In this document: positions 13,359 through 24,980 of the stretch, piece after piece
How positions within the stretch are numbered: position 1 is the stretch's first letter
Layout: every line of letters begins with the position of its first letter
Assembly: GCF_006345805.1 (NCBI RefSeq)
Contig: NC_042999.1
Span: 120,466,001-120,530,000, forward strand
Source: Octopus sinensis
Lineage: Eukaryota
Reading direction: 5' to 3'
DNA: 64,000 nt
Made by a program: the position numbers and the translations under genes
Notes under the pieces: generated by a model
Seen by the model: only the letters and a program-made list of their open reading frames with translations
Databases searched by the model: none
What the model was told of the DNA's origin: nothing

Positions 13359-13431
13359 GCATATGTATCTATATATATATATATATTATATTATTATTTG
13401 ATTGAACGCCACTCATCCGTTTCCAAGTATA

Positions 13432-13462
<31 letters not shown>

Positions 13463-13599
13463 GCAAATACACTAACAAAACATATATAAAAACAAATAGA
13501 AATAAGCACCTATAAATACACAAATATACACACGTATATGCGTTCGTGTTAAGGAATCCATACACAAAAATTTGCATATGCACACAAAACAAGTATACA

Positions 13600-13780
13600 T
13601 ACATACACACCTACATATGCTTTATATACACATGTAGACAAAAACATTAAATACATTCATACGCAAACACAAAAACGTACAAGTATACACATACATACAT
13701 ACATACATACATGCGAATGCATATATATGCATATATAAGTATACATACATACATATAGATACATCTAAAAATACACACAC

Positions 13781-13811
<31 letters not shown>

Positions 13812-14090
13812 CATACACATACACACACACACACACACGCTCACCACACACATATATATATATATATATATATTCGTACACATACATATAAAATCATGAG
13901 CACAAGTGCATAAACATACCCACACAGGCACACATACATACGTACATACATACATACATACATACATACATACATACATGCATACATACATACAAACATA
14001 CATACATATATACATACATGCATACATACATACATACATGCATGCATGCATGCACAGGCAAAGAATACATACATACACATATACCTAAGC
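13600..14090. repeat. Compound (TACA)n/(TA)n/(CA)n microsatellite block
   Basis: Direct reading; source of the MYVC-repeat ORFs. Confidence 0.9.
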
Positions 14091-14149
14091 GTGTAATAAG
14101 AACTAACAAGAAAATGAAAAAGAGGTGATTACTTAGACAATTTAAGGTT

Positions 14150-14460
14150 AATGAAGAAATTCGGACATATGTTTGCAAGTGAAACTACTTCATCTCTCGA
14201 ATTTAAGATAGAACCGTTCATATTCATAATTATATAAGACTCTTCAAGGCATAAATGACACGTTCTATTTCTAATCCTATAAGAGGGAGCAGAAGAAACA
14301 ATATTCCATGAAATTGAGAAGTTTATATTGTCTCTTTTAAGTTGCCATATTTTCTTGGATAAACTAGTACTACTTTCTTTCCGAGAATCATTTAAAGATG
14401 ATTTATGATTATCTAAACGTAATTTAAGAGGGGTCTGCCTGTAACCTATGTAATGAAACC
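14150..14460 (-). mobile_element. Penelope-like element, GIY-YIG endonuclease fragment
   Basis: HYIGYRQTPLKLRLDNHKSSLN...STSLSKKIWQLKRDNINFSISWNIV...CHLCLEE...LNSRDEVVS is the typical PLE endonuclease C-terminus. The upstream part of ORF 14129-14656 is microsatellite. Confidence 0.85.
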
Positions 14461-15162
14461 TGTGTGTATGTGTGTGTGTGTGTTTGCATATGTGTGTATG
14501 TGTGTATATGTGAGTGTGTGTTTGGGTGTGTGTGTAGTAGTAGTTAGTGACGTCAAAATATTTAATAGTATTTTCCTCAATCTCATACAGCTGTCTTACT
14601 CCTCCCATATGGTTCTGTGTTTTTTCAGTCAATGATGTAACATATGCCTTAGACAAGTTACTGGATCATGCCTATTCTAACGAGGGGGTGTATTAAAAGA
14701 ATAAAAGAATATACCACACATTCCACCGTGTGAATGTAAAAATTACGATATTGGAGTAGACAAAAATTTTATCAATATCAAGCGAATCTCTACTTTAGAT
14801 TCCATCCTGTCTATGACTTTATACTAACGTTTGGTTGAAATGCTAGCACATTCATTTTGTAGTTATCCAAACGCAGAAAATAAACTTTAAATCTGCAGTA
14901 TCGTAGATTTGTAAAGGTAAATTCTGTGATATGTAGACACACAGCAAACAAAGGAAATTCTGATATATTTAAGTGGGTAAAAATACACTATAGGAAAAAG
15001 TTGATATACATAAATGTTTAGAGATTTATAAGTATACAGGCATATAAACCCGCACTCTCACACATTGATGTGTGTGTTTGTTTGCATAGCCACATATATC
15101 AATATACATACACATCCATCGATATATACTTACACACCTGTGTAAGTATATATATATATGTG

Positions 15163-15205
<43 letters not shown>

Positions 15206-15429
15206 AACACATGTTTGTGTGCCTTTGTGTGTGAGGGCGTATCCCAGAAGGAAGCATTATGAAGTTAATCTTGCTAATAAATTTTTCTCGATAACTATTT
15301 CCTTATTTTACACTTTTGTAAAATCAACTTTTTATAGCATTGACTATTCCATTTCACGCCTGAAGTAAAATGTATTAGCGATATCAAACAATCAAACTTT
15401 CCGTCAACAATTCATTTTGTGCTTTTTTG

Positions 15430-15473
<44 letters not shown>

Positions 15474-15799
15474 TTGTGGCTAGGTAACGAAAAGGAAGTT
15501 GAGAAAGATATGTGTCAGATAATATAGCATAAGAAATACTGTAATTTCCTTTTGTGTGGGTATAAGACACGCTTTTCTGAACTTCAATAGGTGAAATTAT
15601 AATGTTTCGAAACCTCAAAGGATGGTGTCTAATAAAAGCCCTAGTAGTCAATGCATTGAAGCAATATATTTACATATATATATATACACAATCTTATGCA
15701 TACATATATATGTATATAAATATATATGGCTATGTATATAGATATAAAATTCTATGTATCTATACATATATGTATATATATATATATATAGACACACAC

Positions 15800-15834
<35 letters not shown>

Positions 15835-16485
15835 CAATTATGCATATACCTATATGTATTATATATATCTTATATACATGTATTAGATATATGTATTATA
15901 TGTGCATACACACACATCTATAAACGAAAAGATTCAACACATGTCTGTTCTCATATATATAGGTGCCATTGTCTGCATGGATTTAATTATATATATATTC
16001 ATGTGTGTGTGCGTGAGCGCCCGTTTGTGCGTACAGGTGCATATGTATGTGGATAATTGATTTGCACAAAAGTGAAATTTCAGTATACAATGAAAGATCT
16101 TGAATATGAAAACATCACTATGTCTCTCTCGGTCATTGTCTTCTACACAGACCCACATAACACACACACACATTCGCATATGCACACGCACACATACACT
16201 CAGATATGCACACCCACACGTAGACACAAACACAGAGGCTCATGTTCACACACACACATATACGCATATATTGAAAGACATTCACGCACGCACACATACT
16301 TGTCTTCCAAATATTTATGAATTCATATTTAACGTGTCATTATACTGAGATTATTTAATATGAAAGACTTAGTGCCTTCTTTCTCACTTTATATGTACTT
16401 ACATGTACATCCGTATATATATACATACATATATGTATATATATATGCATATACATACATTTATATATATATGCATGTAGATGTA

Positions 16486-16527
<42 letters not shown>

Positions 16528-16554
16528 ATATACATACATACATATATATATAAT

Positions 16555-16630
<76 letters not shown>

Positions 16631-17104
16631 GTATATATGTATATTATATGTATGAGTCGTTTATGCTAAATAAATATTTATATTATAACGTAGGATTATG
16701 AAGTCTGAGAGAAACTCACAAATATGTAGGCTTCATACTGTGACTATCATTGTCTACTCACTTAATAGTTTCTATTATACCATAGCAGCTGACAGATTTC
16801 TGTATGCAGATTTACATTAAATTACCATTAAGCTACAAATATAGAGTTACAGGTTATCGCTTTGAATGCGAGTGAAAATTTTGATGATTTTTCCCTTCTT
16901 AATCAGGGAATAGGCCCATTAGTCACAGCAGCGTAAGTCTTCCTTAAATTAAGTATTTGAGACAAACATATAAGATGTATGCAATAAGTTTCGCAGTGGC
17001 TTTGTGAAGTGGATAAAAATTCGTTTTACATATACACATCTATTCTAATATGTGTATATATGTTTATGCAAACGTATATTCATATCTGTCTTTATGTGTA
17101 TATT

Positions 17105-17208
<104 letters not shown>

Positions 17209-17236
17209 ATAATATGTAACAATTATTCGGTAGCCA

Positions 17237-17299
17237 TGATAAAACTCCGAGTTTCGGATGTCATAGCGGAAACCCACGCCGGCATCTCTTCAGTTATCA
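17237..17299 (-). ncRNA. Type I hammerhead ribozyme motif
   Basis: Minus strand reads tgataa CTGAAGA gatgcc...gacatcc GAAA ctc g gag TT ttatca: perfect 6-bp stem I, intact core, near-palindromic stem III ACTC-G-GAGT; stem II needs a 1-nt bulge. Confidence 0.6.
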
Positions 17300-17779
17300 G
17301 GCCATCGAAAAAATGCTATGAAATGACCGTTCAACAAAGGGAAAATAATGTGTGGTTAACCGTTATTAAGGCAAAAGAGCTATTAGAATGACCGCTAAGT
17401 AAATGGAGGGAGTAAAGGTAAGGGAGTAAAAATGTTCATAATATTCACGTAAGTGCGCATGTCCGTACATACACATTCGCGCTCGCACACCCACGTACAT
17501 GCGCCTATATGTATATAATCATCCACCCTCACTTGAAACACACACATATGCTCACCCACACATTCGCCAAAAAATATACCCATACCCGCATACACGCACG
17601 CACGCACACACACACGCGAACAAAAAAGGTTCATACACACGTCTATATACGCACATGTACAAGAAAATACAGGGCTAAAGGCAAAATATAGAAAAATGTG
17701 TAAAAAGTCTAAAAAATAAGCAACAAGAGTAAAACACGCCTATATAAGCACATACTCACATGTCCTATTGGTGTTATTA

Positions 17780-18356
17780 TCGTGGGGTTCATGTGGGTTC
17801 AAAGGCCTAGTTTTTTGCTCTTATTAGGGTTCATATTGGTTGGGTGATTATAGTTTTATTGATACCGCTGTATAGGTTTATACTATAATTTTTGTGGGTG
17901 CTGTTATTTTAGGACTTATATGCGTACTTTGTGTTATTAGTTATGTTAATATTGTTAATCTTATTTAGAATTAGTTTTTCGGTATTAGTTTTGCTGTTAT
18001 TTTTGTTGTTTGTCGTTTGTGTATAGGCCTTGGCATTGTTCATTTCACTGTTGTTTCCATTGGGGTTACCCGTAATTATATTGTTCTTGGTGTAGTTTGT
18101 GGTGGTGCATGGTGTGTGAGTGGCGTTAGTGGTATTAGTAAGTAGGTTCCTGTTATTTGCGCTGCTTATAGGGTGATTTGATTTTTTGTTTATATCCTGA
18201 TTTCCGTAGTGTGAAGTTATAGGCTTCTTTGTCTGTTAAAGATATCCATGTTGGAAAAGAGGCGTGATATTCTATTGCTAATGCTATGTACTAGGCTCAT
18301 TTTAATAAAGTTGGGGTGATTACTTGCAGCGTTATGTATTTGAGGTTCGTGTTGGG

Positions 18357-18360
<4 letters not shown>
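17780..18360 (-). mobile_element. Penelope-like element, RT C-terminus/linker remnant
   Basis: Frameshift-corrected minus translation KPNTNLKYI.AASNHP.TLLK*LVHSISNRISRLFSNMDIFN..KEAYNFTLRKSGYKQKI resembles the PLE RT thumb region; the following N/T/K-rich linker explains the G/T strand skew. Confidence 0.7.
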
Positions 18361-18392
<32 letters not shown>

Positions 18393-18475
18393 TTTAAAAT
18401 TTTTTAAACAAATAAACACAAGCACTACATATTCGGTCATCACTCGCTTATTGCTGTTCTTATTCTAACTTCTGT

Positions 18476-18526
18476 TCATCATCCGGAAATCTTTCGTCAC
18501 ACATCTGTGACCTCATCAGGGACACT
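18476..18526 (-). ncRNA. Degenerate hammerhead-like motif in a PLE terminal repeat
   Basis: gtgtcc CTGATGA g gtcaca gatg tgtgac GAAA gatt TC cggatg: core and stem II are good, stems I and III are imperfect. Confidence 0.4.
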
Positions 18527-19222
18527 TTCCGTCTTCGTGTGTGCTCTTGTAGGAATAAACTACATTAATTAAATTAAATGAAGTCGCGTAATGCCCATTA
18601 TTTTTTGTACCTCCCCAACAAGTTACAAAAATGAAACTACTAACAAAAATTAACAGCTACATCAATAAGGGCACAACAACAGTGATAATAATGGTGATAC
18701 TTAATTTAAATCTATATCAGTCATTATAATGGTGATACTTAATTTAATTCTCTATCAGCCATTAGTAATAGCAATGATAGTCACAACAATACATTGTATA
18801 ACCATGTATTATTTTCTGTTTCTTCCTACTTTGTATGCAGTAAATATAAAGTAAAACCATATCTATTATTACTCGGAATCTTACACTTAAGTTTTACATA
18901 ATATTTATCTCAAGATATATCGGACAAATCTGTCTCAATTTTCACACTACATTTTCTGAAGTAAATTGACGGAATTAGAGAAATAGAGAAATAGAGTGGC
19001 AGGTATTTGTAGAAAACCTGAGAAAATATTGAGGGGCAATAATTTTGTCAAGCAACAAGCAATTGATGAGTACTGGATGAGAAAGGAACAAATAAGTTTG
19101 GAAAGGATGTTCGGGATGAAAAAATTATTCGGAAATAAGTTTCTACGGTGTTAAACTCTCTTTTTCATGTTTTTTGGTCTCTTTATAACCGCCCTTGCAT
19201 CCTCTACACCCCAACTCCCTCG

Positions 19223-19229
<7 letters not shown>

Positions 19230-19291
<62 letters not shown>
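19230..19291. repeat. (CT)n microsatellite
   Basis: Direct reading of the sequence. Confidence 0.95.
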
Positions 19292-19294
<3 letters not shown>

Positions 19295-19966
19295 AATAGT
19301 TGAAAAGAGAGCGATGAATGTTGAAATACAAGCTTACGGAGAAGCATAGAACAGGGGAAGGAGTGTGATAGTGTTACTAGCCATAGTTTGTATATATTAT
19401 CAGTTTAAAATGCAAATGCTGTTTGTGCCGCAAACATTCAAGCAAAACAATTATAGCTGTTGCTAAAGAGATGGACCGTAAACTGGTTTAAGCTTCTGGT
19501 TAGCATTGTGCCAGTAATTTTTTTAACAACTTTTTTACAGAGCCACTAGAATTGTTGAAGCGTTAAATACGTGCTTAGTGAAAGTGATTGGAGTAAAAAT
19601 TCTAACGTTTTATATTCTCTTTTTTTGGGGGCACAAATGGAATCTTCGATGTTAAAAACATTGAATTAAAAAGAGTTGCAATAAAAAATAGAACATAAAA
19701 GTTCGAGTGTGGTTCATGATGTATATATAATGAAACGTTTATGTATCCATTTCGGTAAATTTAGAGGTCGAAATTGTTCATAAAACCCTCGTTATTTCTT
19801 GTTCCAATTTTAAATACAAAGCTTTCGCTCATTTCTTTTATCAGTAAAAGTCAAATAAAGCAATGCTTTTGAAATCAGAAACGTTATGTAAATGCGCATA
19901 TTGGAATATTTAAGCCCAGTTATACATCATTGAATATTCATCTGCTGAAATAATCTTTTCTACTCT

Positions 19967-20751
19967 AGGCACAAGGACCAACATCTTTGGGGAGGGGACC
20001 AGTCGATTAGATGTACCCCAGTACGCAACTGGTACTTAATTTATCGACCCAGAGAGGATGAAAGGCCAAGTCGACCTCGGCGGAATCTGGACTGAGAACG
20101 TAAAGACAGACGAAATACCTATTTCTTTATTACCCACAAGGGGTTAAACACAGAGGGAACAAACAAGGACAGACATAGGTATTAAGTCGATTACATCGAC
20201 CCCAGTTCGTAACTGGTACTTAATTTATCGACCCCGAAAGGATGAAAGGCAAAGTCGACCTCAGCGGAAATTGAACTCACAACGTAACGCAGGCGAAATA
20301 CCGCTAAGCATTTCGCCCGGCGTGCTAACCTTTTTTATTTCTTTACTGCCCACAAGGGGCTACACACAGAGGGGACAAGCTAGGACAGACAAATGGATTA
20401 ACTCAATTATATCGATCCCAATACGTAACTGGTACTTACTTAATCGACCCCGAAAGGATGAAAGGCAAAATCAACCTGGGTGGAATTTGAACTCAGAACG
20501 TAAAGACAGATGAAATACCTATTTCTTTACTGACCACAATGGGCTAAACACAGAGGGGACAAGCAAGGACAGACAAACGGATTAAGTCGATTATATTGAC
20601 CCCAGTGCGTAACTGGTACTTAATTTATCGACACCGAAAGGATGAAAGGCAAAGCTGACCTCGGCGGAATTTGAACTCAGAACGTAACAGCAGACGAAAT
20701 ACGACTACGCATTTCGCCCAGCGTGCAAACGTTTCTGCCAGCTCGCCACCT
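19967..20751 (-). mobile_element. Four tandem copies of SINE family A
   Basis: ctggtacttaatttatcgacccc.aaaggatgaaaggcaaagtcgacctc recurs four times; copies at about 19967-20120, 20121-20330, 20336-20520 and 20521-20751. Confidence 0.9.
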
Positions 20752-21401
20752 TTATCTGTTGAAATTATGCACACGTTCACATAAACAGTATATTTCAAGA
20801 GTTTCTTTTTCACATACTTTAAATTGGACTTTTTTCCGGAAGGAAGTGGATTTTTATCCAGAAGTACTGCGGTCGCTTCAAAATACCTTTATAATGATTA
20901 ATTTATTTATAAGTTTTTAAGTAAAACTGTAATAACAGTACCCTGAAGGACATGCACTGTAAAAACGTGTACCGAAATTTCAGATTTTCAAGGCACATGC
21001 AATATTAATTTCTAAGTTCTAAAAACATTCTTTTCTAACAGTGGCACTTAGTATATATTCATCCATTTCCATAGATATATTGATATAAGTATATCGCAGT
21101 TGAGCGAATCTAAATAATAATGCATTTAAAACAAAGTCCCTTGCAATGATCTTCTGGAGCGGCTTCTAAGAATCGTTTGAGTAAATTTTATTCTGGAGGA
21201 GGTGTCATATGGATCTCAACAACAGAAACTCTGCTTTCATTTAGTTCAGTTAATCTACTTCAAAATCATATCCTGAATGATTATGGCGATGATTTTGCAC
21301 TTCAAAATTATTGCCAATAGGAAAATATATTTCCAGTAAATTAGTAGACTGAAGATTATTTAGACGTACACTTACATCTGTCATTGATACACTGAATGGG
21401 T

Positions 21402-21432
<31 letters not shown>

Positions 21433-22316
21433 CGACCGATACCGATTGGCCTTCAATTATTCCCTTTAACTAATTCACAAGTGTTTATTTCTACTTCATT
21501 GTTGGCAATCAACAAAGTGATATAAGAATCAACAGTACTCTGTTGTTGTACTTGGACCTAAATGTACAGAAAACGCTTCACCAAAATCACATATGCGTCA
21601 TAACATAAACAAAGATTTAGTTATGAATTTACCATTACAATAGTCGAAAAAGTGTACAAAACATGGAAAGATGTTTGGAAAAATGTATTTGCCGTTGAAA
21701 GGGAAAATGCGAACTTCATAATGTATATACTTCGCTTCAATATAGTTTCTGTTTTGGAATTGACAATATACTTAACATTTTCAGCTATGACAGATCAATT
21801 CGAAAGCGACATCAGAGATCGCCTGATCAATTAACTATAATGTATATCGTTATACATTAGATGGTCAATTCATGTAAATTTTGTATTTCCATGAAGCTAC
21901 CAATCACTCCGTGTATATATATGCCAAGAATTGAGACAATGATTTGTCTAGCTGCAAAGAAAACAAGGCAAAATGAAAAGAAAGAGCAATAACTCTAGAA
22001 CAATTCACTTTCCATTGTGTTTCACAAACGAACCTAGTTACGTATATGAAAAATCTCAGAGACAATGTTTAACGCCAAATAATTTGGCCTGTTGCATCTT
22101 CACATTTTCCTGTAACACGAACTTGGCAGATAATTTCGTTTAACTATTCCGACATCGATTAACAAAAATGATCAACATAAGCTCATTGGTTAAGTGTTCA
22201 ATGAAAATCAAACAACAAAAATCCTGGATCCTAAACGATTGCTCAGTTTATACTCAATCACCGGTGCTTGAAATTTGACCGTTCATATTTGGCTAAATTC
22301 ATATACCTTTACAAAA

Positions 22317-22425
22317 ATGGGGATACTTTACATGGGGATAATTTATATGGGGATACTTTACATGGGGATAATTTACATGGGGATACTTTACAAGGGGATA
22401 CTTTAAATGGGGATAATTTTTACAT
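22317..22425. repeat. 15-bp minisatellite, ~7 units
   Basis: ggggata(c/a)tttacat repeated head to tail. Confidence 0.9.
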
Positions 22426-22759
22426 GATAGAAATTATAACATATAATGATGGGACACGTGTTATCTTGTCTCTGAATTATAAGTTAGTTGTTGAAGCCGG
22501 TTACTGACGAGAATTTGCCTGGTGGATAAAATTGTTTTGCTAAATTACTTATTGGATGGCAAATAATATTATTTGCTAAAGAAATTCGAAACCATGGTAA
22601 TACCGTTAAATAACAAGGTAAAAGTTTTTATTTTTCATTTACATCGAAATTTGCTAATAAATTGTGGTTTTGGCCGTGTTGGCTGCTATTTCTAGCATGT
22701 AAAAATTACCTGTTAAAGGGTAATTTTCTATTTTAAAATATGTATATATATATATACAT

Positions 22760-22799
<40 letters not shown>

Positions 22800-22833
22800 G
22801 TATATACATATATATATACATACACACGCACAC

Positions 22834-22866
<33 letters not shown>

Positions 22867-23025
22867 AATTAAGGACTGCACACGAAAAGTGTATATATAT
22901 GGAGAGAGAGAGAGAGAGAGTTTAAGAAAAAAACAAAAGACGAAGACAGGTGGTGTACAAAACAAACAGATGTATTAGTATAACGCTCAGGAATAGAAAA
23001 AATATTTTACGTTTCGAGCCTACGT

Positions 23026-24072
23026 TGATAAAATAATGGAAACACCTTAACATTTCAAACAAAATTATTTTAGTATGGTGTAGGACCGCGTTTGGCAGTA
23101 ATTGCTGCTTGAATTCTATGAGGTAGGAACTCATACAAAGACTGATTTGTTTCCAAAGGAATTTTTGTCCATTCTTCAATTAAAAGTAACAACTTTAGCT
23201 GTGTGAATTGGTGCATTATCATCCTGAAAGATTGAGTTTCCCTCCGGAAACAGTTTCGCAATCATAGAATGAATTTGATCAGATAAAATGCTTAAATAGT
23301 TTCGACTATTAATTCTGCCATAAAGGCAAATCCTTGGGCTGGCAGATTTCCACCATATAGCCCGCCAGATCATCACAGATATTCCTCCATGTTTAACAGT
23401 TGGAAGAATGCAGTTTGGATCAAATGCTTCTTTTCGGTTTCTCCACACGTATACTCGGCAGGTGGTCAGAAATGATGACTCGTCCAAGAAAGATCTTATA
23501 GGTTTTACTCCACTCTAAGGCTTTGCAACATTTGCTTTTGAAAATAGTGGTTTTCTGATTGCAGCCCTCTCGTGAAATCCGGCTTTGTGAAGCTCCTGGC
23601 GAATGGAATTTGTAGAAAGTTGGTTCTTGAGGTGGGTATTAAGTTTTGCATTAATTTTAGGAGGTGCACCTTCGTGATCCTTTTTAAGAGCTCGCGTAAG
23701 CGTCCGACGGTCCCTATCTGAAAGTTTGGGTTTTCTTCCGGAGTTTAGTTTCGACGAGGAGGTTTTCCCCTATATCTCAAATGCTATCATTATTTTCGAG
23801 ACAGTACTTGTTGATACACCAAACACTTCGGCTGTTTTCGTTACGCTAGCGCCTGCCATACTAGCACCAACAATTTGACCTCTTTGAGAGTCGGATATAT
23901 CTCTCATTCTAATGTTATCTGAAAAGAGACAGCAATTTTCGCAAAATATATTAAGCAACACTAAAAATAAATCAAAAGAGATAAAAATAAACAAGCTTTA
24001 GACGGTTTTATAGATATTTTAAAATTATGATGCTATGATGCTAGGCGTGTCCATTTTTCTGCCCAACCCCTG
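23026..24072 (-). mobile_element. Tc1-like DNA transposon, decayed
   Basis: Right TIR gtgtccatttttctgcccaacccctg + TA (24073-24074); left TIR remnant aaaataatggaaacacc. Minus-strand pieces: MRDISDSQRGQIVGA..., DESSF...PTVKHGG..VMIW, IFQDDNAPIH, EEWTKIP...RGPTPY. The segment carrying the third catalytic residue is deleted. Confidence 0.9.
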
Positions 24073-24170
24073 TATATTTTTATGCATATGTATATTTATA
24101 TACATGTATATTTATATGCATGTATATATATATATACATACATTTATATATACAAGTTTATGTTTGTATA

Positions 24171-24225
<55 letters not shown>

Positions 24226-24309
24226 CCACAGTCCGCTGACAGAAACAAGTAAAATAGTAAAATATCTATGTAATTCCAGCCTTGAGCAACGCCAGGTATC
24301 TCTGGTAGT

Positions 24310-24366
<57 letters not shown>

Positions 24367-24631
24367 ATATTGATATCATTTGTAGAAAACGAATCCGAAA
24401 GAAAAGCACTTTAAGATGTTGAGCAGTAAACATTAAAAATGGGGAAAGGTGGTTTATGGGATTACCTTAGCTTTCCCATCCATAAAGGCTTTCGCTTTAT
24501 GGCGTATCGTCAGATCCCAAAAACCTGTTGGCCTATGACCTCTTGAAAATATGGTGGTGTTACTATATATATATATATATATATTATATACCGCACACAT
24601 ATTTTAACCATTCTAAAGTATATATATATAT

Positions 24632-24858
24632 ATAATACAATGTACATTAAAACATATTAAGAGGCTTCCATCATAGGAATCCTTTACGCTAGAAAGAACA
24701 GTTAAAGTCCAAACCACTAATTAGGCATAAATTCTCGAAGGGAATGAAAAATAAAATTTATCCCTAATTAGTGGTTTGAACTTTAACTGTTCTTTCTAGC
24801 GTAAATGATTCCTATGATGGAAGCCTCTTAATGTGTTTTAATGTACACTGTATTTTAT
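24632..24858. repeat. Near-perfect fold-back inverted repeat, ~100-bp arms
   Basis: ttaagaggcttccatcataggaatc.tttacgctagaaagaacagttaaag.ccaaaccactaattagg pairs with 24755-24858; loop ~22 nt. Confidence 0.9.
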
Positions 24859-24948
24859 AGGAATAACATATAGTCTATTGACTAATTTTTTTACGCTAGG
24901 TTACTGGTAGTAGAAATTTCTAAAATTTTATTACCCTATTATTAATTA

Positions 24949-24980
<32 letters not shown>

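Noticed and set aside
17760-18360. Strong G/T strand skew suggesting hyper-editing or conversion
   Set aside because: Explained by the A/C-rich coding strand of a Penelope-like RT/linker on the minus strand.
18688-18763. 38-bp local duplication (similar 21-bp duplications at 41120-41160 and ~42117-42160)
   Set aside because: Ordinary two-copy slippage duplications with no further structure.
24488-24540. Hammerhead-like CTGACGA...GAAA on the minus strand
   Set aside because: The GAAA is the loop of a simple hairpin (cataaagc GAAA gcctttatg); stems I and II do not form.
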